Of a stretch of 64,000 nucleotides of DNA, positions 29,691 to 38,824 are shown piece by piece. Position numbers and translations under genes: made by a program. The notes beneath the pieces were generated by a model that saw only the letters and a program-made list of their open reading frames with translations, was not told the DNA's origin and made no database searches. The DNA comes from a virus (taxonomy: Duplodnaviria; Caudoviricetes). Within the stretch, counting starts at the first letter, position 1. Each line of letters begins with the position of its first letter. The DNA lies in IMG/VR virus record IMGVR_UViG_3300044247_000057, positions 13,887-77,886 of that record, one strand, 5' to 3'.

Positions 29691-30566
29691 ATGTACGGGC
29701 TGGTCTCCAAGGCTGACCTGGCGCGCAGCCAGTGGGCCGACGTGAGCAAGAACCTGGTGGAGTTCCAGAATCCGGGCAGGTCCAAGAAGCAGCGGGCCAC
29801 CGAGGCAGCTGGAGCGACGGTCGCCACAGGCGGGGCCACTGCCGCCGTGGGTGGTCTGCTGTCCCGCAGACGCGCTCTCGGGCTGGCAGGTAAGTCTGAG
29901 GAGGCAATCAAGCAGCCGAGGATGCAGATGGTCGCCCGCGCCGAGCACACTGCTCGTGCGGGGGCCGAGAGGCTGCATGCTGCCCGAGCAGGAAAGGCCT
30001 CCAAGATCGGGGCAGGGGTGACCGCTGTCGGTCTGGGTGGACTGGCCTACAGCCAGAGGGGCAAGCGGAAGAAGGTCGAGTTCGGCAAGGCCCTCACCAA
30101 GAAGGAGAGGGAGGACCGGAAGGGTCCTCAGCTCCCCAAGAACCCGGTGGTGACCGGAGGCCTGGGACTGGGTGCGGCAGGAGCTGGTCTCTTCGGCGCT
30201 ACCCGTCCGGTGTACTGGAACCAGCGGAAGAAGTCCGTAGCAGCAGAGGGTGTCTCCTCGGCGGCCTGGAAGGAGGCCAAGGGCCATCAGGCAGCTGGTC
30301 ATGAGGCTCAGAAGCTCTCGCAGAAGCGCAAGAGCACGACGTCTCCAGGGGATGCCCTGAGGCACTTTGCGGCCCATGACGAAGCTCTGGGCAGGGCCCA
30401 GAAGTACTCCACCATGTCCACCGACGCCAAGGCCGGTGCGCTGAAGACCGCCAAGCTCGGACGCAAGGGACTGATCGGTGCGGTCGGAGGAGCGACCGCT
30501 GTGGGTGCTGGGCTGGGCTACGACAAGTACCAGAAGCGCAAGGCGCGCCAGGCTGAGCAGATGTGA
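29691..30566 (+). CDS. Modular head-region protein D
   Basis: MYGLVSK|A, VSK|N, FGK|A; four G/A-rich hydrophobic segments with basic flanks. Confidence 0.75.
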   Translation: MYGLVSKADLARSQWADVSKNLVEFQNPGRSKKQRATEAAGATVATGGATAAVGGLLSRRRALGLAGKSEEAIKQPRMQMVARAEHTARAGAERLHAARAGKASKIGAGVTAVGLGGLAYSQRGKRKKVEFGKALTKKEREDRKGPQLPKNPVVTGGLGLGAAGAGLFGATRPVYWNQRKKSVAAEGVSSAAWKEAKGHQAAGHEAQKLSQKRKSTTSPGDALRHFAAHDEALGRAQKYSTMSTDAKAGALKTAKLGRKGLIGAVGGATAVGAGLGYDKYQKRKARQAEQM

Positions 30567-30808
30567 CCAGGAAGCAGAAGGTTCGACAGTTCCCGACCAA
30601 GGACGAGGCCTACGCCCTGGGTCGGAATGCCCAACGGCTGATGCCCGGGAACAAGGGCAAGGTGATCAACGCCGGGTTGACGATGGCAGAGGAGACGAAC
30701 AAGCGACTCATCCCCATCGTCGTCCAGAAGGACTCTCCTGCCGGACCCGATGTCGGTACGTTGAAGGCCTTGCGAGTAGTGAGGAGAAAGAAGCGTGCCC
30801 GCAGCTGA
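30563..30808 (+). CDS. Small basic protein
   Basis: GTGA-coupled; K/R-rich ends. Confidence 0.55.
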   Translation: MTRKQKVRQFPTKDEAYALGRNAQRLMPGNKGKVINAGLTMAEETNKRLIPIVVQKDSPAGPDVGTLKALRVVRRKKRARS

Positions 30809-33530
30809 GGTCGTCATCGTCGGCACCTTCACCACGGAGAACGAGCCGTCCCAGGGATCTGTGCTCTTCACCGACGACAACTTCTCCGTCGACACTGGCG
30901 AGAGCGAGATCTACACCCCGGTCAGCATCACCGGCTACCTGGATCAGAACGGCTTCATGCGGGTCCGGCTGCCGCTCAACATCGGCTCCGACACCATGCC
31001 TCAGCCCCGGGCCTACCACTGTGTGATCGGGGTGCAGCAGTACAGCGCTGAGTTCGACTTCGTCATCAACCCGGCCCAGACGATCATCGACCTGGCCACC
31101 TTGATCCCGGTCTCCCCCGTACCCACGCTGACCAGTACCTACGTGGAGTCGGTCGCGGGCATGTCCGGCAACATCAGTGCCAAGGCACTGTCGGACGCGG
31201 TCGGCGTGTGGTCCCCAGCAGCCGGAGACAGCGCGTACGAGACCTGGTTGAAGGCAGGCAACACAGGGACAGTCAGCGATTTCTTCGAGGCGTACAGAGG
31301 CGTCCAGGGCGTGCAGGGGGTGGCGGGTCCTACCGGCGACACCGGTCCACAGGGACCCACGGGCAAGTCCGGTCCCGCTGGCCCCCAGGGCGAGGACTTC
31401 GTCATCGAGGGTGTAGTCAACCGCGCCTCCGACCTGCCGGACGGCTATCAGCGCTACACGGTGTTCGTCACCACCGACACCCAGGAGTTCTGGCTCAACA
31501 CCGGCAACGACCAGTGGATGACCCTGGGCTCCTACGCGGGCGAGCCCGGAGCTCCCGGTGACGTCAGTGGCGGCATCCTGACCGACACCAACTACTTCGT
31601 CTCCCCCGAGCCCAGCAGGCTGGAGGGCTGGACCGCATTGATGGGGACGATCTCCCTGGTGCCCTCCATCGCGGATGCGAGTCGCACCGCCCTCCAGAAC
31701 CTCTGGAACTCCGGTACGGCCTCGACCAACAAGCTCACTCTCACTTCTCCCCAGATCGCCAACCCGGCGCTGGGGGCAGGCGACCACATGTGGGTCCAGG
31801 CCTCGCTGTACACCAATGCCACTGCGGCCAACAAGGACGTCACGGTGACGGTGGTGCGGCGCAGCACCCACGCGGTGCTGGCCAGTGCCACGGTGTCTGC
31901 CGGTCCGGCTGTGGGCAAGGTCAGCTTCGACTGCATGACCATCGACCCCGTCCCGGCCAACGACCTGTACCTGACCTTCGAGCGCGCTCTGGTGGCAGGA
32001 CCCAACGAGCAGCTCCGGGTCTCCAACGTGATGGTCAGCAAGGCCACAGTGGAGACGCCCTACTTCGACGGCTCCTCCACCAACAACCAGTCGTTCAACC
32101 ACGCCTGGCTCGGTCAGGACGGCTACTCGGTCTCCACCAAGACCACGCCCACCACCAAGGCCATCCTGGGCCTGGACAACGTGGACAACACCCACGACCT
32201 GGACAAGCCGATCTCCAACGCCACCCGGATCGAGTTGGACTATGTCCGGGAGAACGCCGGTCAGGTGAAGTCGGTCAACTTCATGACCGGCGACGTCATC
32301 GTCGACAAGAACAGCGTGGGTCTGGACCAGGTGGCCAACCTGGCACCCAACGACCTGCCGGTCTCTCAGCAGACCCAGATCGCCCTGGACCAGATGTCCT
32401 CCGAGGCTGCCGACCTGATCCAGAACATGGGCCTGGTTGACCTGTCCGACGTGAGCGGCAGCGACACCCCCACCAATGGGGATGTGGTGACCTGGGCCAA
32501 CAACCAGTTCGAGTTCCTGCCCGGTGGCAACACGTCGGTAGCCATCCTCAACGCCGCCAACCTGGATACCTACACCACTCCTGGCACCTTCACCCAGTCC
32601 AGCACCCAGCAGGCGGCTGCCGGGACGAACTACCCCATTGGGCTGGCCGGGATGCTGGAGGTCAGAGCCTCCCCCGACGCCTCGATGATCTGGCAGACCT
32701 ACACGGTGTACGGGCGCGGGGGCGCAGTGAACACCGACCTGGACTCCAACGTGTCCTGGCAGCGGTCCAGGTACAGCAATGTCTGGACCTTGTGGAAGCC
32801 GATGTCCTGGGGCAAGCCGATGGTCTGGGACAACGCGGCCTCGGGCTGGAACCAGGTGCCCTCCTTCGCTGACTTCAACGGCCAGAACTGGGGCAACGAG
32901 GTCTACCAGGACACGCTGGGCAGACTGCGCTCCCGTCCCACGGTCCTGCTCTACAACGGGATCACCAGTGCCACCCTGCCCTCGGGTTGGCCTACGGGCG
33001 TCACTGTCATGCGAGTCAGCTCGGCTAACGGCTTCCCCGGCTCGGGCAACGTGCTCACGGTTAAGGGGGAGGCGGGTGAGTGGACCTTCCAGATCTGGTC
33101 CACCGGCCCGTCCAGCCAGAAGGTGATGTTCCGGTTCGGCAGCACCTCCTGGGGTGCCTGGGAGATGATCGGCGGTCCGGCCTACTCCGAGACCACCCCG
33201 TTGGTGGCCTACACGGGCTGGGCGATGGTCAGCTCCTACATGCAGGTGTGGGGGCACGTGGCGATGCTGTACGGCAACATCAAGCGCACGGGTGGGGTGC
33301 TGACCTCCACGGGCGGTGACATCACCAACACCAACATGTGCTACATCGTCTCCGGACTGCCCTATCCCACGACCACCACGGGGTTCCATGCTGTCGGTGG
33401 CGGCACCCTGTTCGGCGGCCAGATCGGCTCGGACCGGGTGCTGACGATCTCCATCATCTCCAGGGGCAGCTCTGTCGACACCAACGACGCACTGATCTTC
33501 TCCTCCACCTTCCTCACCAACCAGATCTAG
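30795..33530 (+). CDS. Second tail fibre / receptor-binding protein (911 aa)
   Basis: N-terminal anchor resembling that of 10725, SAYETW, collagen run, CBM-like domain with PYFDGS, two pyocin-knob-like repeats. Confidence 0.8.
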   Translation: MPAAEVVIVGTFTTENEPSQGSVLFTDDNFSVDTGESEIYTPVSITGYLDQNGFMRVRLPLNIGSDTMPQPRAYHCVIGVQQYSAEFDFVINPAQTIIDLATLIPVSPVPTLTSTYVESVAGMSGNISAKALSDAVGVWSPAAGDSAYETWLKAGNTGTVSDFFEAYRGVQGVQGVAGPTGDTGPQGPTGKSGPAGPQGEDFVIEGVVNRASDLPDGYQRYTVFVTTDTQEFWLNTGNDQWMTLGSYAGEPGAPGDVSGGILTDTNYFVSPEPSRLEGWTALMGTISLVPSIADASRTALQNLWNSGTASTNKLTLTSPQIANPALGAGDHMWVQASLYTNATAANKDVTVTVVRRSTHAVLASATVSAGPAVGKVSFDCMTIDPVPANDLYLTFERALVAGPNEQLRVSNVMVSKATVETPYFDGSSTNNQSFNHAWLGQDGYSVSTKTTPTTKAILGLDNVDNTHDLDKPISNATRIELDYVRENAGQVKSVNFMTGDVIVDKNSVGLDQVANLAPNDLPVSQQTQIALDQMSSEAADLIQNMGLVDLSDVSGSDTPTNGDVVTWANNQFEFLPGGNTSVAILNAANLDTYTTPGTFTQSSTQQAAAGTNYPIGLAGMLEVRASPDASMIWQTYTVYGRGGAVNTDLDSNVSWQRSRYSNVWTLWKPMSWGKPMVWDNAASGWNQVPSFADFNGQNWGNEVYQDTLGRLRSRPTVLLYNGITSATLPSGWPTGVTVMRVSSANGFPGSGNVLTVKGEAGEWTFQIWSTGPSSQKVMFRFGSTSWGAWEMIGGPAYSETTPLVAYTGWAMVSSYMQVWGHVAMLYGNIKRTGGVLTSTGGDITNTNMCYIVSGLPYPTTTTGFHAVGGGTLFGGQIGSDRVLTISIISRGSSVDTNDALIFSSTFLTNQI

Positions 33531-33537
33531 GAGCGAC

Positions 33538-33726
33538 ATGAGCGACCAGGAGCTGGAACCAGAGCTCGAAGACCTGAACGATGACGACACCTGGATGCCG
33601 GAGGAGGACGAGGACCCGGTTCCCGACGACGACGTGACCTTCCCCAGCAACGGGGACGACTCGCTGTCCGATGACGACGTGGAGGACCCCGACGTCCTGG
33701 ACGACGACTCGAACGCCGTGGGCTGA
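33538..33726 (+). CDS. Extremely acidic 62-aa peptide
   Basis: 20 Asp + 8 Glu, no K/R/H; GGAG RBS; stop overlaps the M23 gene start (TGATG). Confidence 0.7.
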   Translation: MSDQELEPELEDLNDDDTWMPEEDEDPVPDDDVTFPSNGDDSLSDDDVEDPDVLDDDSNAVG

Positions 33727-34349
33727 TGCAGATCGGGCAGAACGTCCAGGTCACCGCCAACACCGGGCTGCGGGCCCGGCTGACCCCGCACGGGAAGCCC
33801 GCCAAGGACAGCAAGGGCAAGGAGATCGTCCGGCCCAAGGGCTACCGGTTCACCGTCACCCGGACCGAGTCCGGCTACGCGAGAGCCAAGTCCTACTGGT
33901 ACGCCGAGCAGTACCTGCAGGTGGTGGTGCAGACCGTCGCCGTCAAGGTCTCCTCCCCCTGCCCCGGGTACAAGGTCTCCACCCCGTACAAGAAGAAGCC
34001 GAACAACAACACCTACTGGCAGTCCCGGGGCTACCACACGGGCGATGACTATGCGGCCCCCTCAGGCGCGAAGGTCGTCGCGGTGCGCAGTGGCACGGTC
34101 AAGTACCGCTGGGACAAGGTGCTGGGACACTGTGCCCTGCTGCAGGGCAAGGACGGGGCTGGGAAGCAGTACACCTGGTGGTACTGCCACCTGCGAGCTC
34201 AGCCCACCACCGGCAGCGTGAAGCCCGGTCAGACCATCGGGCACGTGGGCTCCACCGGCACCGGGGCCAACGGGCCCCACCTGCACTTCGAGAAACGCTC
34301 TGGCTACACGACGTCGTGGGCCGGGAAGGACCTGAGTCCGACATGGTGA
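33726..34349 (+). CDS. Endolysin: SH3-like domain + M23 peptidase
   Basis: HTGDD (HxxxD), YCHL, GSTG...GPHLHFE. Confidence 0.85.
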   Translation: MQIGQNVQVTANTGLRARLTPHGKPAKDSKGKEIVRPKGYRFTVTRTESGYARAKSYWYAEQYLQVVVQTVAVKVSSPCPGYKVSTPYKKKPNNNTYWQSRGYHTGDDYAAPSGAKVVAVRSGTVKYRWDKVLGHCALLQGKDGAGKQYTWWYCHLRAQPTTGSVKPGQTIGHVGSTGTGANGPHLHFEKRSGYTTSWAGKDLSPTW

Positions 34350-35794
34350 GCAGCCTGGTACCCCTGGGCGTGCAGCCCCAGTGCCAGCAGATCTGTGCCG
34401 AGGTGATCCAGAAGAACCCCGGCAAGGTCCGCAACGTGCACGGCTACGCGAGCTTCCCCGACCACAACAACCGGCGCTGCGTGGACTACATGATCCACGA
34501 CAAGGCGGGCGGGGATCAGATCGTCGAGTACTACCTGGACGACCGCGTCCGGCTGAAGGTCAACCTCATCATCTGGTACGAGCGGATCATGCGCTCCTAC
34601 GACAAGCCGGGCATCCCGGCCTGGACCTGGGCCCCGTACACGGGCGCGAAGAACCACAAGGACCACCCGCACGTGGAGCACAAGGAGGGCACGTACGTCC
34701 CTCCCAAGGAGGTCGTCGTGGACAACCCCAAGAACGAGGAGGGGATCAAGAAGGGCGACAAGGTCAAGGTGAACGCGACCGGAGGCCTGCGGGGACGCAG
34801 CAGCCCAGGTGGCCCGGTGGCTCTGACCCGTCCGGACGGCTACCAGTTCACCGTCACCGACGTGAAGGACGGCTGGGTCTCGGGCGGTCAGAACTGGTAC
34901 AGCAGCGACTACCTCGACAAGGTGGCACCTCCGGTTGTAGTGCCGCCGAAGCCGCCACCCCCCAAACCGAGCTGGGTCAAGACCCCCATCGTCAAGCTCA
35001 GCATGGCCAAGATCCCGAACCCCGTGAACTACCTGCAGGGCGTGGTCCGGGTGGCCGGGAACGTGGTCAACGGCAAGCAGCAGCAGCACATCTACGTGCT
35101 GGCCCAGGACCCCGACGCCAAGGGCAACACCCGCTTCTTGGCCTACAGCGCGGGAGGCACCTACCTCAACTCGATGACGGTGAAGAACGGGGGCCATGGA
35201 CAGACCTTCCATGCCTACCGCTCGGCAGCGAACAACCTGTACATCTGGACCCTGATCGGGGACTACGCCTACCGGATCAAGTGGCAACCGGGCAGAACAG
35301 TTACGTCGTCTAGTAGTGGTGTGGAGAAGATGGCGTACGGCACCGCGAGGCCGGTGGGTACCTACGAGTCCTACGTGGGCTTCCGGGCGGCCACCAGCAC
35401 CCACGAGACGTTCTCCCTGCACGACCGGTTCGGCTGGACTGACCCGAAGAACAACTCGGCCAAGGCCCTGAAGCGGGTGACGGTGAAGAAGCGCACCTCG
35501 CACACCCAGCAGTCCTGGGCGTTCAGTTCTACCCGTATCTACCGCCTGCTAGGGAAAACCAATACTGATGCGGGCAGGGGTACGAACAAGCACATCCTGG
35601 ACGTCCTGGACTGGACGGGGAAGCTGCTGACCACGGTGGACGTCACCACCATGTCGCTGCCTGGGGCTACCTCCGACGAGCCTGAAGGCGTTACCTTCAC
35701 AGGTACGCCAGGATCTGTTCTGGTCGGCAAACGAAGTGGTCCCAACAACCACACCCGCACGTACCCCCTCTGGCAGATGACAGGACTCCCATGA
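34343..35794 (+). CDS. Putative second lysin: M15/LAS-type peptidase + SH3-like + TagC-like propeller
   Basis: DHNNRRCVDYM...IIW..RI...HKDHPHVE; SH3-like repeat; PPKPPPPK linker; MTVKNGGHGQ...DEPEG. Start placed at ATG 34343. Confidence 0.65.
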   Translation: MVSSLVPLGVQPQCQQICAEVIQKNPGKVRNVHGYASFPDHNNRRCVDYMIHDKAGGDQIVEYYLDDRVRLKVNLIIWYERIMRSYDKPGIPAWTWAPYTGAKNHKDHPHVEHKEGTYVPPKEVVVDNPKNEEGIKKGDKVKVNATGGLRGRSSPGGPVALTRPDGYQFTVTDVKDGWVSGGQNWYSSDYLDKVAPPVVVPPKPPPPKPSWVKTPIVKLSMAKIPNPVNYLQGVVRVAGNVVNGKQQQHIYVLAQDPDAKGNTRFLAYSAGGTYLNSMTVKNGGHGQTFHAYRSAANNLYIWTLIGDYAYRIKWQPGRTVTSSSSGVEKMAYGTARPVGTYESYVGFRAATSTHETFSLHDRFGWTDPKNNSAKALKRVTVKKRTSHTQQSWAFSSTRIYRLLGKTNTDAGRGTNKHILDVLDWTGKLLTTVDVTTMSLPGATSDEPEGVTFTGTPGSVLVGKRSGPNNHTRTYPLWQMTGLP

Positions 35795-35988
35795 GCGACA
35801 TCATCAAGTGGTTCTCCCACGGCCACCTGCCTGCTCCCCAGCAGGAGGTGGCTCAGGCGATCCAGGACCTGGCCCAGAAGATGGAGGCCACTCTCCCCGA
35901 GACTGCTGAGAAGACGGCAGGACTCAGGAAGCTGCTGGAGGCCAAGGACTGTTTCGTGCGGGCCAGCCTGGAACTGACCCAGGAGTAG
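35791..35988 (+). CDS. Small helical-hairpin protein
   Basis: WFSHGHLP...LPETAEKTAGLRKLLEAKDCFVRA, a motif I recall as widespread in phages. Confidence 0.7.
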   Translation: MSDIIKWFSHGHLPAPQQEVAQAIQDLAQKMEATLPETAEKTAGLRKLLEAKDCFVRASLELTQE

Positions 35989-36016
35989 CCAAGGACGGGA
36001 GAATGACCCCATGGAC
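35983..36016 (+). repeat. Shared 34-nt intergenic/start element, copy 1
   Basis: GAGTAG-n9-GGAGAATGA-n-CCCATGGAC; 27 of 34 positions identical to 40898-40931 with no gaps. Confidence 0.7.
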
Positions 36017-38821
36017 TTCAACCGCAATGTGGCTGACTGGGTGTACGGGCTGGTCTCCAAGATGGACGACGGTGAAGCCCGCATGTTCACGGTCTTCCTG
36101 GCCGAGGACCTGTACCAGACCGATCTGAAGAACAACGCCAAGCTGGTCGAGCGCACCCGTGCCTCGGTCGAGAAGGCGATGACCGACGAGCTGGCCAACG
36201 ACTTCCTGTTCCGACTGGAGCGTGGGGTCAACCCCGAGCAGCTGGTGGCTGAGGCCGCAGCGGTGGCTATCGCCAAGGCCGACGATTACGAGGCCTGGAA
36301 GTTCCAGACCCGTGAACACGGGCGCTGGGCCAAGATGGGTCCCGGCTACTGGAAGGCCCAGAAGAAGGCCATCAAGGCTGAGGGTGACTACGCCAAGCAA
36401 GCGGCGATGATGTCTGCGATGCGCTTTCATCACGGTGACCAGATCAAAGCCATGGGCGAGGATCTGGGCCCCCAGGTGCATGGCGTCCAGCAGCAGTGGA
36501 ACAAACGCTCCACGGGTCAGTCCGGAGCCACGGACACCTTCAACCGGATCACCGCAGCTGGTCGGACGACAGCCCTCGTAGGTGTGGCCACCGACCAGCC
36601 CAACGTCTACGCGGCTGGTCAGGCTGCCTCCCTGGTGGGTCAGTTCGGGCCCGAGGCAGAGAAGGTCGTCGGTCCTGCCGTACGCCGCACTGCGTACCGG
36701 TACCGGGGCACTGAGACGAAGCCGCAGACCAAGGAGATCAAGGCGGCGGCCAACAACCGTGCTCGGGAGCTGTTCCCCACTGAACGGGACAAGAAGGGCG
36801 TTCCGACCGGTCAAGGGATGGCTCCGCTGGCCGATCTGAAGTCCGGTGCTGCGCGTCCGGAGAACGTGGACCGACTGGACGAGAGCAAGCGGGACTTCGT
36901 CCTGCAGATGGGTGCCGCCGACCATCTGGCCACCAAGATCCCCTCGCTCGCCCTGGCCAACCTGCAGGTCAAGTCCGGCAAGATCCCGCCCTCTGAGGGC
37001 GTCATCATCAACGGCGATGGCCAGGTGACCGCGCAGGCGGTGGGTTTCGCCGAGGACCATTACCTCCCCTTCAACCTGCGCAACCTGGGTGAGCTCAACG
37101 GTGGGCGCTACGTGCGTACGCGCACGACCGGTGGTCCGACGTCGGAGGACATCCACGCGGCCACGCTGGCTGGTGCCCGGTCCTTCACAGTGGTCTCCCG
37201 CTCCGGTGAGTTCACCGTCGACTTCGCTGACGACTTCCGGGGTGCCCGTCGCCACTCGGACAAGGCGATGGGGATGCAGAAGCAGTACGAGCAGCTGCTG
37301 GACGCGGTGAAGTCCAAGCAGGTGGAGAAGCTGCCCACGTCCGCCCGGGAGCGTGCTGAGGTCCGGGAGGAGCTGGAGGACGAGATCGAGCGGCTGAAGA
37401 GCGACCCAGCCTCTGGCTTCGACTACCAGACCTACACCGACAAGATGTTCAACGAGGAGCTGAACCGGCGACTGACCCAGCGTCGGCAGAACCCGAAGCT
37501 GACTTCTGAGGAGATCACGCGGATCGACGAGTTCGCCTGGAACGGCCTGAACAGGCAAGCTCCCACCGACCGGGAGAAGGTCGAGCACGACAAGGCGGTC
37601 AAGCAGCTCTCCCGTCGCGTGCTGCGGGAGAAGGGCAACCAGAACTTCAAGCTGGACGGCGACGGCTACAAGGCGGCTCTGGAGGCGCTGAAGGAGCAGT
37701 ACCCATACTTCATCGCTGACATCCGGGTGCGCTCCGCTGGCGACGCGCCGGAGGACTTTGGCGACGGCACCGACCAGGGCTACGTCAAGCCCCGGCACAT
37801 CCGGGCCGAGGCAGCTCAGGCTGGGTACTTCGGTGTCGGTATCGAGGGTGCTACGAGCACCAAGCGGTCGGCGGAGAACCTGCACTACCAGAACTGGGGT
37901 GTGCGGCAGAACATGAAGACCGCAGCGCCGCAGGGTACCGAGCAGACCGAGGAGGAGAGGGACACCAACCCCTCCACCATCCCGGCCACTCCCCAGCCAG
38001 GCCAGACCCCTGCGGTCACCGCCGTGGGTGGAGGAGGAGCCACCTCAACGGCTACCTCTCCGCAGGAGCACGCTCAGGCGGGAGAGAGGGCATCCCGGGT
38101 CCAGACTGCCGAGATCGAGCGGGACAACTCTGTCTACCAGGCGGCGCACTACTGGGCTGACCGGCTACCGCCGAAGGACAGTCCCTCCTACGCCTACATC
38201 CCGGCTGAGGCCAAGATCCTGGATGAGCTGCGAGATGCTTCCGATCCCAAGTCGTTCACCGACAGGAACCGGGAAGCGATCAAGCGGGCTGTCGCTCACA
38301 TCTCTGCCGCCCCCGAGAGCCGTACGGCGCTGGCCGGGGCACCGAAGATCGTGGACAACGTAGAGGAGGTCAAGCGTGCGGTGGCCGCCAACCGCCCGGT
38401 CTCCCTCACTCCCCAGCCACTGACCCAGGACGACATGCGGATTCTGCACGAGCGAGGTCTGATCAAGCACACCGCCATCCTGGGTGGAGGGACGCTGCAG
38501 GATGAGGGTCCGGACACCAAGGACCTGTCCGACGACAGGCTGCGACAGAAGATCATGGCCTGGCAGGGGCAGCATGACCGGGAGACCAGCCCGGTGGAGC
38601 GAGCCAAGATCAGGGAGAACCAGCTCGACTACAACCGGCTGCTGGCCTTCCGCAAGCACAAGCTGGAGCGGGGTCGGGCGAACAACACCCCGTTCTCTCC
38701 CGCTGGCGGTCCGCCGCCGACCACGACTCCTCCGCCCACGGGATCGTTGCCGCCCGGTGCCGGGTCCAACACCTACAACCCGAACAGCAACGTCCGCGAC
38801 TTCCGGCGTAGGAGCGCCTAG
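36011..38821 (+). CDS. Large head-region protein with degenerate JAB/MPN-like domain
   Basis: YGLVSK|M, IAK|A, QTREHGRW; SEGVIIN...G...VRTRTTGGPTSEDI...FTVVS..GEF. Confidence 0.7.
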   Translation: MDFNRNVADWVYGLVSKMDDGEARMFTVFLAEDLYQTDLKNNAKLVERTRASVEKAMTDELANDFLFRLERGVNPEQLVAEAAAVAIAKADDYEAWKFQTREHGRWAKMGPGYWKAQKKAIKAEGDYAKQAAMMSAMRFHHGDQIKAMGEDLGPQVHGVQQQWNKRSTGQSGATDTFNRITAAGRTTALVGVATDQPNVYAAGQAASLVGQFGPEAEKVVGPAVRRTAYRYRGTETKPQTKEIKAAANNRARELFPTERDKKGVPTGQGMAPLADLKSGAARPENVDRLDESKRDFVLQMGAADHLATKIPSLALANLQVKSGKIPPSEGVIINGDGQVTAQAVGFAEDHYLPFNLRNLGELNGGRYVRTRTTGGPTSEDIHAATLAGARSFTVVSRSGEFTVDFADDFRGARRHSDKAMGMQKQYEQLLDAVKSKQVEKLPTSARERAEVREELEDEIERLKSDPASGFDYQTYTDKMFNEELNRRLTQRRQNPKLTSEEITRIDEFAWNGLNRQAPTDREKVEHDKAVKQLSRRVLREKGNQNFKLDGDGYKAALEALKEQYPYFIADIRVRSAGDAPEDFGDGTDQGYVKPRHIRAEAAQAGYFGVGIEGATSTKRSAENLHYQNWGVRQNMKTAAPQGTEQTEEERDTNPSTIPATPQPGQTPAVTAVGGGGATSTATSPQEHAQAGERASRVQTAEIERDNSVYQAAHYWADRLPPKDSPSYAYIPAEAKILDELRDASDPKSFTDRNREAIKRAVAHISAAPESRTALAGAPKIVDNVEEVKRAVAANRPVSLTPQPLTQDDMRILHERGLIKHTAILGGGTLQDEGPDTKDLSDDRLRQKIMAWQGQHDRETSPVERAKIRENQLDYNRLLAFRKHKLERGRANNTPFSPAGGPPPTTTPPPTGSLPPGAGSNTYNPNSNVRDFRRRSA

Positions 38822-38824
38822 CCG

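Noticed and set aside
30708-34037. 1109-aa minus-strand ORF (also 51400-54156, 38165-40354, 35924-37885, 44399-46030 and many others)
   Set aside because: These are antisense shadows of well-supported plus-strand genes. High GC3 leaves the reverse frame stop-poor, and the translations are V/G/L/R-rich with no motifs.
35549-35560. GGGAAAA run in the second lysin as a slippery site
   Set aside because: It is not in X XXY YYZ register with the reading frame, and the ORF continues intact.
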